59,841 nt of DNA, filler included, from Dugesia japonica (GCA_001938525.1; 4 parts of 4 records of this genome joined end to end with filler, not necessarily neighbours in it), one strand, 5' to 3'. Shown: positions 13,046 to 27,572, counted from the first letter of the whole stretch. Numbers and translations are program-made. The notes: generated by a model not told the origin, from the sequence alone.

Positions 13046-15560
13046 TCTTCCCCCTCTAAAATTTTATTTAATCTTTTCCACATTTCTTTCGATCATCTTG
13101 CCTCTGAACTCTTCAGCAGATATATTTTTCATGAATCTTTTTTATCATCTCGAATGGATCTTTCTTTGTATTTTGATCTGCTTTATATTTTGATTAGCAC
13201 CTCGTATCCAACTTTAAAATGTCTTTTTCTTGTGTTCAAGTCTTCAGATTCTTCATTCTTTTCTCTATTATTGAACCATCTTTCTCTATATATCTTCTTA
13301 CCTAATATCAATTTTGCTGGACTTGTCCCCAAAGTATTCTGGCTTGTCGCATTTAGTATATATTTAATTTCTGGTATCACAACTGGCTAATTTTTATTCT
13401 TTTTATCTTTTAATGTTGTATTGATGTAAATTCTGATCGTTCTGAATTGATGTTAATATGATGATAATATGGACTTGAAAAGCAATTCGCTATATTAATT
13501 GAATCTGTCATGTCTTTGAAGGCTTTCGATTTGAAGATCTTCCCACAATGTATCTCTTTTGTGCACTAAATCTCAGTATCTATTTATCCATAATCGTTCT
13601 CTTTATTGATTCCTCATCTTGTTTAACTTTAGCTATTAAGCATATGTGTCTGCTAAATTTATCTATTATTGCACATATATATCCTTTTCTTTCTAAGGTT
13701 TCTTGAAATGGCACACAGATATTAATATAAATGCTCTCAAATGGTTCATTAGCCTTTAATATTATAGTTTTCTACGTTGTTCTAACTGCTGTTACTTTGT
13801 TCATTTGGCACGTTGTGCATTCTTTAATTACTTTTGACACGGTTTTCGCAAATCTTACATAACATATCATTTTTAAAATAGTTTATCACTTTTTCTGTGC
13901 CTGTGTGCATCAATAAATTATGCATTTCTTTTATCATTTGATTTTTTCTTTTCTGATGGAATCAATATTTTGCCGATTTTTGTATTTATTAAATATTCTA
14001 TTAATCGAAACCTTTCAAATATTCAATTTTTTAAATCATTCTTTATCTTTTCAATTTTGTCTACGTTACTTTGCAATTATTATGTATTTGAACTTGATGT
14101 ACAATTAATTGTTCTTGCCTTTATTTTTCCTTTCTTTAAATTCTCATTTTCTTTTAAACATTTAACACACATATCAAAATTCATTCTAGACAGCTTTTCT
14201 GCATTCGGATGTTTCAAAGCTCGCATCTGTATCTAGTACAAACATCTGTTTGATATTAGGAACACTGAATATTGATGCTTTTGTTAATGCATCTTTCATC
14301 TCATTAAAATCTTTATCACAACCTTCAGAACACACAAGTTTTGTACTATTACTTTGACATCGCTCTTCTAAGCTTCTAGCCTTCTTTGAGTAATTATTGA
14401 TAAACCGTCTATAGTAATTGCATATTCCCAAAAAGCTTCTCAAGTTCTTTACACATTTAGGACTTCCAAAATTTTTAATCGCTTCAATTTTTGTTGGATC
14501 GGTTCGAACTTTATTCTTGACTATGATATGTCCTAGAAATTTAACTTTTGCTCGCAATAAATGACATTTTTCTGGATTAATTCTCAATCCTGATTCTTGA
14601 ATTCTTTTAAAAACTTGGTCTAATATTCTGTAGTGCTGCTCTAAATTTTCTGAAAATATCAAAATATCATCCATGTATACCATAGTTCTTCTCAATCTTC
14701 CTAATACTTTTGTCATTAGTTCTTAAAACGTTCCAGCTGCTGCAGCTATACCTAATGGCATTTTTGTGAAACAATACTGTCCATTTTTCGTAGAGAATGC
14801 TGATTTCTCTTGTGAATCTTCATGTAACGGAACTTTATAATATGCATTACCCAAATCAATAATACTAAAATATCTTGCACCACTCAAATTGTCTAGCATT
14901 TCCTCTACATTGGGCATCGGAAATGCCTGTCTTTCTGGTATCGTATCCAGTTTTCAATAATCAAGACACAATCTAACGTCTTTCCTTTCTTTTTTCCAAA
15001 CATATATTAATGGTGTGTTCCATTGCAAATTACACTTCCTAATAATGCTATTGTCAAACAAATTTTTGATAGCTTCATCGATCTTATTTTCTAAATGCAT
15101 TGATTGTCTTCATGGTTTCGTATTTATTGGTTCTCCATTTGTGATTATTTAATGTTCTGCCATTGTTGTTCTGCCGATATCCCAATTGTCTACCATGAAT
15201 ATTCCTTTATGAATCCTTATAACTTCCTCTAAATTCTCATTTGACTTGTTAATCAATATTTTTATTGCTCTCTGTAACTCTCTTTTCAACTGTTGTACTG
15301 CGTCTATACTTTGCTTCTATATTACAAAGATACATTTCGGTATCCTCACATTTAGTCTCTCTCACCAATTGGAATCCAAACTGTTTCTGTAATTATATTC
15401 ATCCAATTAGATTTGGATGTATTTGTTTCACTACAAAGAATTTAACTGTTTCACTTTTATTCTCGAATTTTACTACTACTTTTATTGTACAGATGATTTC
15501 AAGAGGACTATTATTGGCACATCTTAAATTGCATATTCCCAAAAGGCTTCTCTACATTAG
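13046..15560 (-). mobile_element. Ty3/Gypsy LTR retrotransposon pol (RT-RH-IN), decayed
   Basis: WNTPLICI.KK, IIDLGNAYY, MPLGIAAA, VYMDDILIFS, LRSFLGICNYYRRFI, LDTDAS, and integrase remnants (HTGTEK, IDKFSR, IEYILNAT). Confidence 0.95.
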
Positions 15561-15736
15561 GCATCGGAAATGTCTGTCTTTCTGAGATTGTATTAAGTTT
15601 TCTAAAATCTAGACATAATCTAATGTCCTCCTTTTCTTTTCTCAAACACATATTAACGGAGTGTTCCACTGAGAGTTACCCTTCATAATAATGCCATTGT
15701 CAAAGAAATTCTTTAAAGCTTCGTTTCTCTTATTCT
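15560..15736 (-). mobile_element. Second Gypsy RT N-terminal fragment
   Basis: FDNGIIMKGNSQWNTPLICV, paralogous to 14910-15090; cut by a gap. Confidence 0.75.
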
Positions 15737-15819
15737 NNNNNNNNNNNNNNNNNNNNNNNNNNNNNNNNNNNNNNNNNNNNNNNNNNNNNNNNNNNNNNNN
15801 NNNNNNNNNNNNNNNNNNN

Positions 15820-15878
<59 letters not shown>

Positions 15879-15895
15879 TATTATTACCATTATCA
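15820..15895. repeat. (ATT)n microsatellite
   Basis: Direct reading. Confidence 0.95.
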
Positions 15896-16661
15896 TTGTT
15901 TAAAATTTTTACTCTCTATAAATTATTAGATTATTAAGTAAAGAAAATATAATGATATTTACAGATTGCCTAAAAAAACTTATATCATAACACTTTTAAA
16001 ATCTGACCGATCTTCAGATAAATCGAATTGTCCATATCACATTTCAATTATTAATTATATATTAAATTTTGAAATGAAATATATTATTATAGTTCTGAAA
16101 TTTTTTTTATTTTTTTAAGAAAATTGATAAATATTCTTTAATTAACTTCAAAATTCTTTGAAATAAATATTAACTAACCAAAAGTTTTTATTTTTCCAAA
16201 TTATTTATAATTTTAATTATTTGTAAACATTTTATTATTTTATGTTACGGCTGAAATATTTAATATTCTTTATTATATTTTCATTTATTTAATATTTATG
16301 TATTTGAAATAAAAAAACGCTTATTTTATTGATTTACAATTACAATAATTGCGAGAATAATTGTTGGGCGTTGATTATTTTTTAGAATTTTTTAGTACAA
16401 AAGCTTCGATTAAATTTATATTTATTTTTGTTTTAATTACAAATTCTAATTTTCAACTTTGTTTTTGTCAGGAATTGACAATATAATTGGTTTTGTATGC
16501 AAGTATATGAACATATTCTTTTTGGTTTAATTGACGATGATGGGAATAATGATATGCATTTTAAGAATAATATTAATGTCGATTAATGTTTTTCTTATCT
16601 TACTAATATACGTAAGATTATCTTTAATAGATTTTAAAAAAAGAAACCCTTTTTTATTTTA

Positions 16662-17070
16662 CAGTGGAACTGCTCAAAAGTGACCACTTTCTCAAAATGA
16701 AGTGGTCACTTTTTTTTAAGTTGACATTATTTTACAATTTATGGTAAAAACACTAAATTTATTAATGAATCAGAACACAAATTGAGTATTAAAATGTTTA
16801 TTTGAATAAAATACCCTAAAAGACTTTCTTTTTTCTGTGTTTAATTCAATTTTCCCATAATTCACTTTTTAAAATTTTCTTTTACTCTAAATTATATAAA
16901 AAAAATAAATTTCTAATTATTTTGTATTTCTAAATAAAATTATTTTATTTAACAGAAATTATTTTTTTAGCAGTAGTCACTTTTTAATAATTATTTTCTA
17001 GAATTTTGAAGCGAAACTTTAAGAATTTCTTTATACTTTTAGAAGTGGTCACCAAAATAGGGTGGTCTAA
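16662..17070. mobile_element. Possible pogo/Tigger-type MITE remnant
   Basis: TA-CAGTGGAAC start and repeated GTGACCAC/GTGGTCAC subterminal motifs; right TIR not recovered. Confidence 0.35.
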
Positions 17071-17419
17071 TTCTAAATTTTATAAAAAATGTATTTTGCT
17101 GGGCTAAAACGCAACAGCCCGGGGTAGTAATAGCAAATTATAAAATTTAACAGAAAGCAACTAATGGTGGAGCACAAAAATACATCAAAAAGAGATATTG
17201 GAGAGAGTAAAGAAGAGATTACGTGAATGAATGCTAAGCCGGATAATGAATTATATTATAGTTCAAATTGCTTGTGATGTTAAAAAATTATGAGCGCTGG
17301 GAAAGTAAAATGAAAATATTTATTGAAAATCGAAGTGGAAAATTAAATTTTTGAATCAGTCAAAAATTATTATTATTATTATTGTTATTATTTATCATCA
17401 TTATTATTATCTAAGAAAT

Positions 17420-18480
17420 GTTAAAGTTATCGTGATTTTGTAAATTGGGGATAGAGGACTCATAATTTGACTGATGTTGGTTTTTTGTTTAGGCACTGAA
17501 TTAGCAATAATTAATCACTATCTATTTGCATCATTGCATGATAAATTTTCTTTTAAGTCAAGGTGATCATTGAAATTCATCATTGTTTTTAGTTGTATTT
17601 CAAAATTTGTTAGTTTAAAGTCATCATTGTTTTGATTTATATTTTATGTTATTGTAAACTCAATCTTCTTTCAATTAAATCACTAATTATAAGATAAGTA
17701 CACCTTGAATTCTAAGTTCATTTGACCTAGGTTTATGCAGGTTACATAAAATTCGAAAATTGAAAATCGACGGTGACATACATATCACATTGAAATAAAA
17801 ATAGCTTCAAAAATCACTTTATCCCAATAATTATTAAATCCACTGCACAAGATTTTAAAATCAGAAAACCTTATTAATTTTATATATTTACTTCGTTGCT
17901 CAATAATATTTATTTTATCAATGTAAATTTAATAGGTGTAATGTCACATACATTAGACAGACTTACCGTCATCTATGTACCAGACTACAATAGCGTAGTC
18001 GAAATAATGGAAATAGTAATATTGCTGAGCATCGAAAAAATGTATAAAATCAAAAGGATTTTCTGATTTTAATATCTTGTACAGTGGATTGAATAATTTT
18101 CGAAGAAAGTGAAGTGTGAATTTTTGTTGATAAGGGCATTAATTCCTAAAATTAATGTTCAATTGACATATTCAACATCGCTTTTAAAATGATTTTATTG
18201 ATTATTTATTGAGAGTACATACTTGTGATTATATAGTCATGTAAACCTTGTAAATAATTTGTTATAATATTCATTAATCGTCTGATGATGATGGTTTTTC
18301 CGTCGAAAATGATCGCACTTCATATACCTTTTAAAAATTACTTAGTGTTTGAATCCCTTTCAATTTGACACTCATGCTGTTGTCTTAGAATAATTTCTAG
18401 AATTTTTAGTTTAATATTTATTTATAATTGATTTAATATTTCAGAACTTGAAAATCATCTGTTAGTAATTTTGCACTCTC
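17420..18480 (+). mobile_element. Penelope 3' end (GIY-YIG) with an inverted partial copy upstream
   Basis: + strand RCNVTYIRQTYRHLCTRL..SNIAEH..FNILY..LIRALIPKINVQ (17930-18192). 17831-17872 is the reverse complement of ~18055-18097, the inverted pseudo-LTR arrangement typical of Penelope. Confidence 0.75.
18271..18320 (+). ncRNA. Hammerhead-ribozyme-like core in the Penelope 3' region
   Basis: CTGATGA-T-GATGG(TTTTT)CCGTC-GAAA: intact core and stem II; stems I/III short or degenerate. Confidence 0.6.
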
Positions 18481-18503
18481 ATAAAATTTATCTATAACTG
18501 TAC

Positions 18504-18542
<39 letters not shown>

Positions 18543-18699
18543 TAATAAAATTTTGGAAAATATAAAAATCCATTTAAACAGTTTGTAACATTTAATTCGT
18601 GATTAATAATAAAAATATTGTGAACTTGTAAAGTTGTATTTCATCACGTTTTCATATCGAAATAATTAGGAATCTTTAAAAATAATTGATCATATATGT

Positions 18700-19650
18700 T
18701 TTTCTAATTTTTATAATGAAAGTACTCTAACTAAAAGTTTTTGTCTAAACTATATTCTTTATAATGTTAATTTTGATAGTCAAGTAAAGCAGAAATATAT
18801 AAATAACAATGATTTCTGAATAAACTGCAGATATTTCTATATTTTAGTTACTTTTAATTAGTTTTCTTTAATACTAAAAGAAATCTTTAAGCACTGCAAG
18901 AAACAACTCGCAGATTTATAGTAAAACTAGTTTATAAATTATTTAGGTCAAATGCTATAGGAAATGCACATTCAAAATAAAACATTTATTATAATTGTCT
19001 CTCACATTTAAAATAGGTTTTTTCTTTTTCAGATTTGATGGAGTAGGAATGTAGCTTTTCCCAGAAAGCCTACTATTTATTTCTAATATTCTACTAAATA
19101 GCGAGCTACTACTTAGTTTACTTTTGATAACTATTTTTTCATATAATGATTGTATGCCATCTTCAAAAATGTAGAGCATAAAGAAACTGCTCGATTTTAC
19201 ATTCTGCAAATTTTGATTTCTTCTTCTTTAACAAAATATTTATTCTGAATTGAATTTTAAATTGTTTTAGTTCATCAATTACTTTGTATAATTTCCCTAT
19301 TAATGTTTCCAGTAAAATTATTTCCTCATAATTGAATTTTGTTAATTCCAATTTTAATATTTAATGACATCGATATAGGTACTAATTATATTGTAGTTCC
19401 ATCAAGACTGACTCAAATATTAGTCGATCCTCCAATTTGCGTGTTTTCCTTATCTTCTAGAAATTGTTGGAGAAAATTTTCAGCATTTTAATTCACTAAA
19501 TATTCTTGTAGAACAGTATCCTTTTCTTCAATTAATTCAAATTCAATACAATTTTCAACGTCATCAGCAGTTTTTTCATTTTCAATAATTATTTCTTCAC
19601 CAGTCTTCTTCATTTTGACAATCGTTTCTAACTCATGTTAGAACGGTCAA
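18700..19650 (-). mobile_element. Polinton/adintovirus-like protein-primed polymerase B, N-terminal fragment (pseudogene)
   Basis: SGKSYIPTPSNLKKKKPILNVRDNYNKCF resembles the GSSYIPLP..KKA.IN..N.D.KCF motif of these pPolB N-termini. Confidence 0.6.
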
Positions 19651-21899
19651 ACTTTTGCTTGGGAAGGTAGAATGTCGAAAATTTGTTTTTTAAATTTTTC
19701 ATTTAAATTTTTTCGTATGAATTCGAATTTGGTTTTGATCATCTTAGAATTGAAAGGTGAACATTTTTTGTATAGGGTATGCTTCATAAATATGTTTAGT
19801 TCAAAAGATAAAAAATTGCCAGGTGCCAAGTCTCAAGGTGGATAAAAAATACGTTTTCGAGAAATATGTATGATATATATGATGCTTGATTATAATTTTA
19901 ACTCAAAATTAAAAATTGAACTTTTTTTTATATGCTTTGCTATATACAGATTTTTAGTTTCCAAGATAATGGTAGTGCAGCACTGGAACAGGTTGACTTG
20001 TTTAATAATTTACTCGACCAAAACTTATTGTATGGTCATGAAAATGATAGCACTTAATTTAAAACTAAATTCTGAACATACAGTGTATAGGGTTTGCTGT
20101 AAAAATATGCTTTGTTCGGTTATCAAATTATCATTATTTTTTAGAAGTACTTATGATAATCAAACAAATTTGGTATCGTTTAACTCATAATTTAAAACTT
20201 ATCATTTTTTCCACGGGGTAAGCTGTAAAGATATTCTTGGTTCTCTCAGAAAAGGAAGTGCAACACTAGAACAGTTTGACTTGTTTTATAGATTTCTTGA
20301 TCAAAACTTATCGTATGTGTTAGATCAGTTTTGAGAACTCATTGGATTATCAACATCAAAATTCAACTCTATAAATTTATTAAAATAAAAATTATACTTA
20401 ACACTATTTGTTTATTCAAACAAATTAAAATCCTGTGTTTTCATTGGTGATCATTATTCGAAATCAAAAAATGTAATTTATTTAAAATCATTTTAATTTC
20501 ATTTATTTCAAATATTTTATTTATTTATTTAAAATTTAAGACAAATTTTCTTAAACGTTTATAAATTTTATTAAAAGTTTAACTTCATTATCCAATCATT
20601 ATTTTTGAATTTTTAACACTGAAACTAAATTTATTTAAAATTAATTTAATTTACTTTATTTCAAACATTTTATTTATTTATTTAAATTTTTCATCAATAC
20701 TTTAAATCTTTCTTTTAAACAAAAGATTTTAAAAATATGATCACCAATCACACAAAAATTTTAACTCGCTTTTCTAAACACACTCAGAGTATGGATCAGA
20801 AAATAATAGCATTCGATTTAAAATAAAGTTATGAACATATTTTATATAGGGTTTGTTGTACAAATATAAATTGTTCAAAAGATAGAAAATTACCGCGTAC
20901 CATGCCCCTCCTTGGACAGAAAAATATTTTTCTCTAGAAATACTTAGAATAATCAAATAAATTTGGTATTGTTAAAATCAGAAATTAAATCTAAACATAT
21001 TTCACATAAGATTTGTTGTACAAATATATGTGGTTTTCGAAATAATATATAATTATATAATTAATGATAAATTATAATTAAAATGATAATAATTTTTGTA
21101 AATATTTTTAGACCCTTAAACTCAGAATAAAAAAACTAAACATTTTGTTTATAGGATTTGCTGTAAAAAAAAGCTTTCTTCTAATAATTTTATTTCATGC
21201 GTAAATTTTTATTGATGTTCATTAAATTTCAAAATTTTACAATTTATTTTAAATTAATGATTTTTCCAGTAAATGTCGAATTTTAATGATTTTGTAATAT
21301 AAATAGAAAATTTTCATATTATTTAAACAAATTGATTTTTCACCCAAATTTCCATAGAAAATTATATAAAGATTTATCCTAACTAAAAACACTGTAAAAA
21401 AGTATACTGCTTAAAAAACTTATAAAAATTCTACTCTTAAAATGTCTGAAAAATATTGTCGAATAAGTAACATAAAAATTTTCCTAAAACGAAAAATAAA
21501 AAATACTGGATCACTAAATCCGATTCCGTAAATTTCTAGACTATCAAATTAATCTTGTACACATCAATTTTGTTCGTCGCCTAAATACACATAAAAAATA
21601 CTAGATCACTTATGTAATAATGTCGTAACGAAATAAATTACATTATGTAACACACACAAATGTGGGTCGCTAACTATTTACATTGGAAAAAATTTAGATC
21701 ACTCATGTAATAATCCTATTACGTAAAGGAAGAGGTGATCCAGTCCGCTACTGTCTAATTAATTGTTATAATATAAATTTCTGTTTTAGAAATTGTTTTT
21801 TTATTAAATAACGTAAAAAACATATTTTTTTTTAAAAAAAAAATTTATTCTGAAAAATTTTCAAAAAAAAATATTCGAAAAAAAATTGTAAAAAATTTA

Positions 21900-23184
21900 C
21901 AAAAAAACTATATACAATTTAAAACATGTCAGTTGCATTATTCATTTCATTGCAATTCCAATGATATCAAATTGACTTTAATATCAAAAGTTTGATAGTG
22001 AAATGATACCAAAAAACCTTTTTAAAATTTTTTAAATATCTTTGTTTTTTTGCTTTTTAAGTATGTATTTTTTGATATGGGTTCTTGAGCCAATAAATAA
22101 GTAGTTTTTGATCCTCTATCGATTAGTATCAAATTAGTTGCAAAGATATTATTTCGTATCTTTACATAGTTTTGTAAATTTAAAATATTTAATAACTTTT
22201 CACCAATACGTCAGATTGAAATTCGAAGATAGCATTGATGTCCGTCATTTAATTAAGATTCCAACGATATCAAGTTTGTCATTATAGCACATATATGCTC
22301 ATTTTAAATTCAATTTAAAAATTTTAAAAAGTCTTTGTTACGGTGAGAAATTATTAGCCACTGTAGAAAAACCACAATTTTCACCATGAACAGACAATTT
22401 TTCGATAATAGTTCTTTAGTCAATGTATAGACACTTTTCAATTTTCTTTCATATAATTGTGATTTTAAATCGAAAAATTAAAACCCCCCATTTAATTTTC
22501 CCGCACGAAAACTGAATTTTAAAAATTGTTTTGATTTATTCTACTTTACATTTTCTATCTATTGGTACCGAAATTTCGATGATTCTAATGGAAATATTGT
22601 CATGTAGACCGTTTTTAATAAAGTTTTAAATTTTAAATAGTAAATAAGTTTTTATCAACATCTTTGACGAAGTTTTAACCTGCGCAATTACGCTTAGAAT
22701 TAGATTTTGCATAAAACTGAGAAGAGTCGTTTTCGTCTAACCTATATTTCTCATGCTACAGGGGAGGTTCTTTTTAAAGTTTTTTTGGAATTCTGTGAAA
22801 ACGTTACGGTTTACGATATAAGTAGTTTATGAAATGTATAGGTAGATTTAATTGTCTATCCAATGATACATGAATGAACTTTAAAAGATTACTAATGGCG
22901 GCTATAAACTTTCTTTGTTGTTTAAAGATTTAATTACGCTTTATCCTGTCATGTAACGGCAAATCAAAGCACACCATATTGTTCACCGTCTCATTGTACA
23001 TCCATCAACAAACGTTGTCAGATAAATAACCATAAAAGAATTTTTGAAACAAAAACCATAAAAAAAACTTTTGAATAAAAAAACCAAAAGAAATTTATGG
23101 GGGAAAAAATTCCAGTCAGGTTGGGTTGGAAATGTCTTTGTTATAGTGTGGCACTATCTACCTTCTTAAGTGTCACGCATTGTT
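21900..23184. mobile_element. Non-autonomous repeat, possibly Helentron-like
   Basis: Non-coding; ends in hairpin GTGTGGCACT..AGTGTCACGC followed by ATTGTT. Confidence 0.3.
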
Positions 23185-23872
23185 CTTTTAGAAAGGATCA
23201 ATACTTCTACACAAGTGCACTCGTCTTCATGTGACACAACTAACCCTGTAAAAATTGGACTAAACTTTGCCATTTTTTACATTTATATTATTCCCCAAAC
23301 TCTTCGCCAACCAAGAACTATNTTGTCAGGAATATCAACAACTTCCGCCCAAAACGAGTACATCGACTCAAGAACTCTGAATTTTATTTTACCAAAATTC
23401 AAAAATTTATTTGTCGTTGGTAAATATGTGAAGATACTAATGTATTTTATTTCAATTAATAAACTTTATTACGAAATTAATTATTTGCTTTTTAAAACGG
23501 ACTTTAATACCAACTTAATAATTTCTCTTTTAAATTCAAATATTAACAATTACATGATTTAAAAATTTTTTAACAATTAAGAATATTTATTATAATGTGA
23601 TATTTAAAAAAAATTCAAAATTTTCAAAATTACGAAAATAAACTAAGACGTAGATCAAAAATGTTTCTAAAAAAGGTTTCTTTTTAAAATTTTTATTAAA
23701 GAAACAAAAAAAAATTCATAAAAAGCGTTTTTTATTTTTTTCAAATTATCGATTTTATCTTCTTCAGGACTTTTTGAAATTTGAGATAAACATAATTTAA
23801 CATTAATAAAAATTTAACCAAGGAATAAAATATAGAAAATAATAAATTTATTATTAAGAAGTAATTTTAAAT

Positions 23873-24686
23873 TTAAAACTTGGAATCTTCTGCTTTATAA
23901 TTGTAAACTGCATGTGTTTTGTTTTTCGGATTCTCTGATGATTTCTGAAATTCTTTAAAGATCATTTGTTTTAATTGACTGAATTTCATATCTGGTCTTT
24001 CTTTTCTCAATTCTCCCATTCTTCTTTCTTCAAATGATGTAAATGCAGATTTCATTCGTTTTTCAGCATGTCTTTCAAGTTCATCTTCGGTTCTAATTAT
24101 AAAACATTAAAAGAAATAGTTAATAAATTAAATAATATTATTAAAATTTAATTGATTAATGAACATTAATTAAATAAATTTTTATGTCATCAATAACATA
24201 CTTAAACATGTTGATGGCATCATCAATATTTCTAGCATCACAAATATCAAATTGAAATTTATTTTGTGGGATATCTTCAATATTTTCTTTGATTTTATTA
24301 ATAATGTTATTATTATTAAATATTTGATTTGGTTTTATTTTCATTTTTTCTAATTCATAATGAGTAATTTTGCTGGTAATTTTATTTTTCATATTCATTT
24401 TATTCATTTCACTATCAATTAGATTTTCACGTTCTTTTTTCTTTTCTAGTTGTAGTAATTTTTTCTCATCTTTCTCCTCCTAATTTTAATGAAAATTATT
24501 TAGAATATCATTTGAAAATAAACATTATACTTTTCGTTGAAGTTTTTTATTGGTGGTTTTATCGTAATCTTTCCAATATTCATCTTCAATTTGCTTTTGT
24601 TTAGCGTCTCTTTCGTTTTGTTTTTTTTCATTTTTTCGAGCTTTTGTTTCAACAGCTTTAGTGTTTACTGACATCTTTTTAGGCAT
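23873..24686 (-). CDS. CCDC124: Coiled-coil domain-containing protein 124 (Lso2/CCDC124 ribosome hibernation factor); exons 24686-24531, 24479-24202, 24092-23873
   Basis: MPKKMSVNTKAVETKARK..EDEYWKD; DARNIDDAI; ERHAEKRMKSAF..FEE..SQLKQMIFKEFQKSSENP. GT-AG introns of 51 and 109 nt keep the frame. Confidence 0.95.
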
Positions 24687-25149
24687 TTTTTGTGTATTAT
24701 ATTTGTTTATTTAATTAAATATATCAAAACAAAATTTAATTTACGGAAAAAAAATCATTAATTTATTTATAAATATTTTATTTTTATTTTGTCGAAATGA
24801 ATTGTATAAAAATATATTTTTTTCTGAAATAAGTTTAAATATTTTTCGAAAATAAATTTTATTCTAAAATCACTATTATTGGTTGAAAGTTTTAAATAAT
24901 AAAAAAAGTTATTTAAAAAATTTATTTCATAATTAATCAAAAATAAATTTCTAATTTATTTATTATTAAAATTTACAGTAAATTTATTAATTAATATTTA
25001 AAGACCATAAATAATAATCTAAAAACATGGATTATTAAATTTAAATTTTGTTTAATATTACGTTGCTCCATGAGACAATTTGATGTCGAAACATTGTAAA
25101 GTTTTAATTGGCTGTTGATTATTAGTTAATTTTATTTTTGTTTGACTCG

Positions 25150-25850
25150 ATTTTTTATAATTATAATTAAATTTCTATTTTTAATTTTTTGTAAGTAGTG
25201 CTGTTCAGTAACTAAAATTCAGCATTTCTAATCATTCTTTTTTGCTAAATATAATCAGACGTTAATTCCACCGGGTTTTATGCGTTACATTTCTAATTTA
25301 TTATTTATTTATAAATCAATTTAACCAATTCTCTGTTAGTTTTATGTATTTTATCTTTCAAACAAGGTTCATTTACATTGTAAGTCATCGCTGTTTATTG
25401 AAGAATTAATTAAATTCAACCAATTTCACATTTCTAATTTTTTTTTAGATTAATTTTTCTTGTATCTTAACTTTATACGCCGTTTATTTTGATAAATTTT
25501 ATTTTGTTTGTATCAATATGCAAATGATTCATTCTTGAACTATGATATTATTCCCCAAATTTTAAGATATCCGGGTCCTGAATAAAAAAACAATACGTTG
25601 AAAGAATTTCGATGGAAATATAAATTTAAATTAGTTACAGATATTGACAAGTTATATTTCCCAAAATTTTGAGATAATACCTTTTGACGATGGCTGCAAA
25701 AAAAGGTGTTATGTTTTTCTCATCAAAGCTTGTAGAACATGAAAGATAGAATTGGTCTCAATAAAGTTGGCGTTGTTATTGTTTACGCTAATTTTTGTAT
25801 GTATCACTCTTTGCGTTTCTAGAAAATGTAATTGCTATATTACCGCTATT
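25150..25850 (-). mobile_element. Decayed Penelope-like ORF, N-terminal region
   Basis: Broken frame with a KE*LEMLNFS segment (cf. L.KGLNF); a degenerate hammerhead-like motif lies on + at ~25066-25100. Confidence 0.4.
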
Positions 25851-26299
25851 CGTTAGATAGTGAGCATATTGAAGTTAAGAAGTTATCAAGCCAAAAGTGA
25901 TTCTTTGAATTTGTTAGCTAGATATCAAAACAGATGAAAATAATATGTGTCGTTATCTGGAGTAAGATGAATGTGGAATCACATTTTAACCAAGATCTAT
26001 AATAGCTGCCTTAGTAATGTTAAAGGTATGATCAGAAGAGTTATTTTGCTATAAAATGACGTGATGATTTCTGTCCAGTCTTTTATTTTAGTTGCGAGAT
26101 AAGCGTTTACTTTTTTTTCGTATTTTACCCTTTGGAATTTATATTACTAGTGTTAGAAGTCTGTTTCATTACTATAATATTTTTTACAAATGACAATATA
26201 AAAATGGGAAATAAATATATAAATAGTTATGATTTGAGCAACCAACATACCTCATTCAGCAAACAAACATTGATCTGTTATGCAACATACAGGTTTAAT

Positions 26300-27200
26300 A
26301 ATCATTGATAATATTTATAAAATATTCTCACAACTAGCTTTACCAATAATCCACTCAAAGGTTTGAGATAAAGTCGGTACATTAATCCCTAATCTTGATG
26401 AAGCAGCAATTATAAGATACTTGTGATTAATTGTCTTAGTGTAGTCACAATTAGTAGTAAATAATCTAAACAGTTGTACAATACTTTGACAATGGTAATC
26501 ATCAAGAGGATCAATACACCCCACTCCTCCATTTCTTTTGTTGTATAGAAATAATCAATTTCATAATGTTCTGGTAGATTCATCATTTTTCGAAGTTGTA
26601 TTAAAAGTTGTTTAGTAGAACTAAAATTACATCTACTGTTACCAAAACGAATGGATAATGCACTCGTTTTGATTTCACCGGTTGTAAACGGAAAAACAAA
26701 ACGAGAATGTAAAAACAATTTTTTAGTTTTCAATTTTTGCCAACCAAACAATTTCTTGCTAGTTTTTCGGCCTAAGTTATCAATTTTCGAATAGGATCAT
26801 ATGGTTTTTAATGATTACGATCTCCAATAGGAACACCAATATATTGATAAAATTCATTACAAAATAATTTTTTTAACTTGATATCATAAATGTTTATAAC
26901 ACTAGGGATGTTAATATTTGTAGATTGAATGTAAGTACAATTCTCCGGACAAAATGTCATATCAATAACCTTAGTGACTTTAATAACTTTATTTACAAGG
27001 GTTTGAAGATCATCAGTATTTTTAGCAATTAGAGCTGTCAAATACATAAACAAGTATCTGAATAGAAGAAGTATTTATTACAAAAGGTGATATTAGACAT
27101 GTTTTAGTGGCTTCAAGAACAGGATTCATAGAAATGAAAAAGAGAATCATAGATAGTAGACAATCCTGTTAACTGCCTTTTTTAATTTGTGTGTTGCTTG
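26300..27200 (-). mobile_element. R2/NeSL-clade non-LTR retrotransposon RT fragment
   Basis: KKGS*QDCLLSMILF (GVKQGCPLS-like), ALIAKNTDDLQTL, YQYIGVPIG, LP..YFY....MGCID..D. Confidence 0.75.
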
Positions 27201-27472
27201 TAAGAATAGGACGGCAACTATAAAAACTATTTTTATCAGCGTAACAATTTAAGAATATTAACAAAATCATGACTCACTACTACTGCTTCTATTTTAATGG
27301 TCTTATTTAATAGACCAAATAAATCGTAATATTTCTTTATATTATACTAACAATTTTATAAATAGATTTCATATTGAATTTTCCTTGTTATAAATATTTA
27401 TAATTATTTAATTAGTATTAAATTTTCTTTACGATAATTATATTTAATATATATCTAATGCAACATATTTAG

Positions 27473-27572
27473 NNNNNNNNNNNNNNNNNNNNNNNNNNNN
27501 NNNNNNNNNNNNNNNNTTAATTAATTAANNNNNNNNNNNNNNNNNNNNNNNNNNNNNNNNNNNNNNNNNNNN
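27473..27572. other. Artificial contig-join linker (44N + TTAATTAATTAA + 44N)
   Basis: Exactly 100 bp; six-frame stop oligo centred in Ns; three identical occurrences. Confidence 0.95.

Noticed and set aside
15642-15903. Poly-Ile/poly-Tyr and X-rich ORFs in the supplied track
   Set aside because: Translations of (ATT)n and N gaps.
25061-25104. Hammerhead-like GACA..TGTC-GAAAC-ATT-GTA
   Set aside because: Core reads CTCCATGA rather than CTGATGA; at best a dead Penelope ribozyme.
27517-27528. Palindromic TTAATTAATTAA recurring at 27517, 36916 and 45814
   Set aside because: Always centred in 44+44 Ns, so it is a synthetic six-frame-stop scaffold linker. Adjacency across these points is unreliable.
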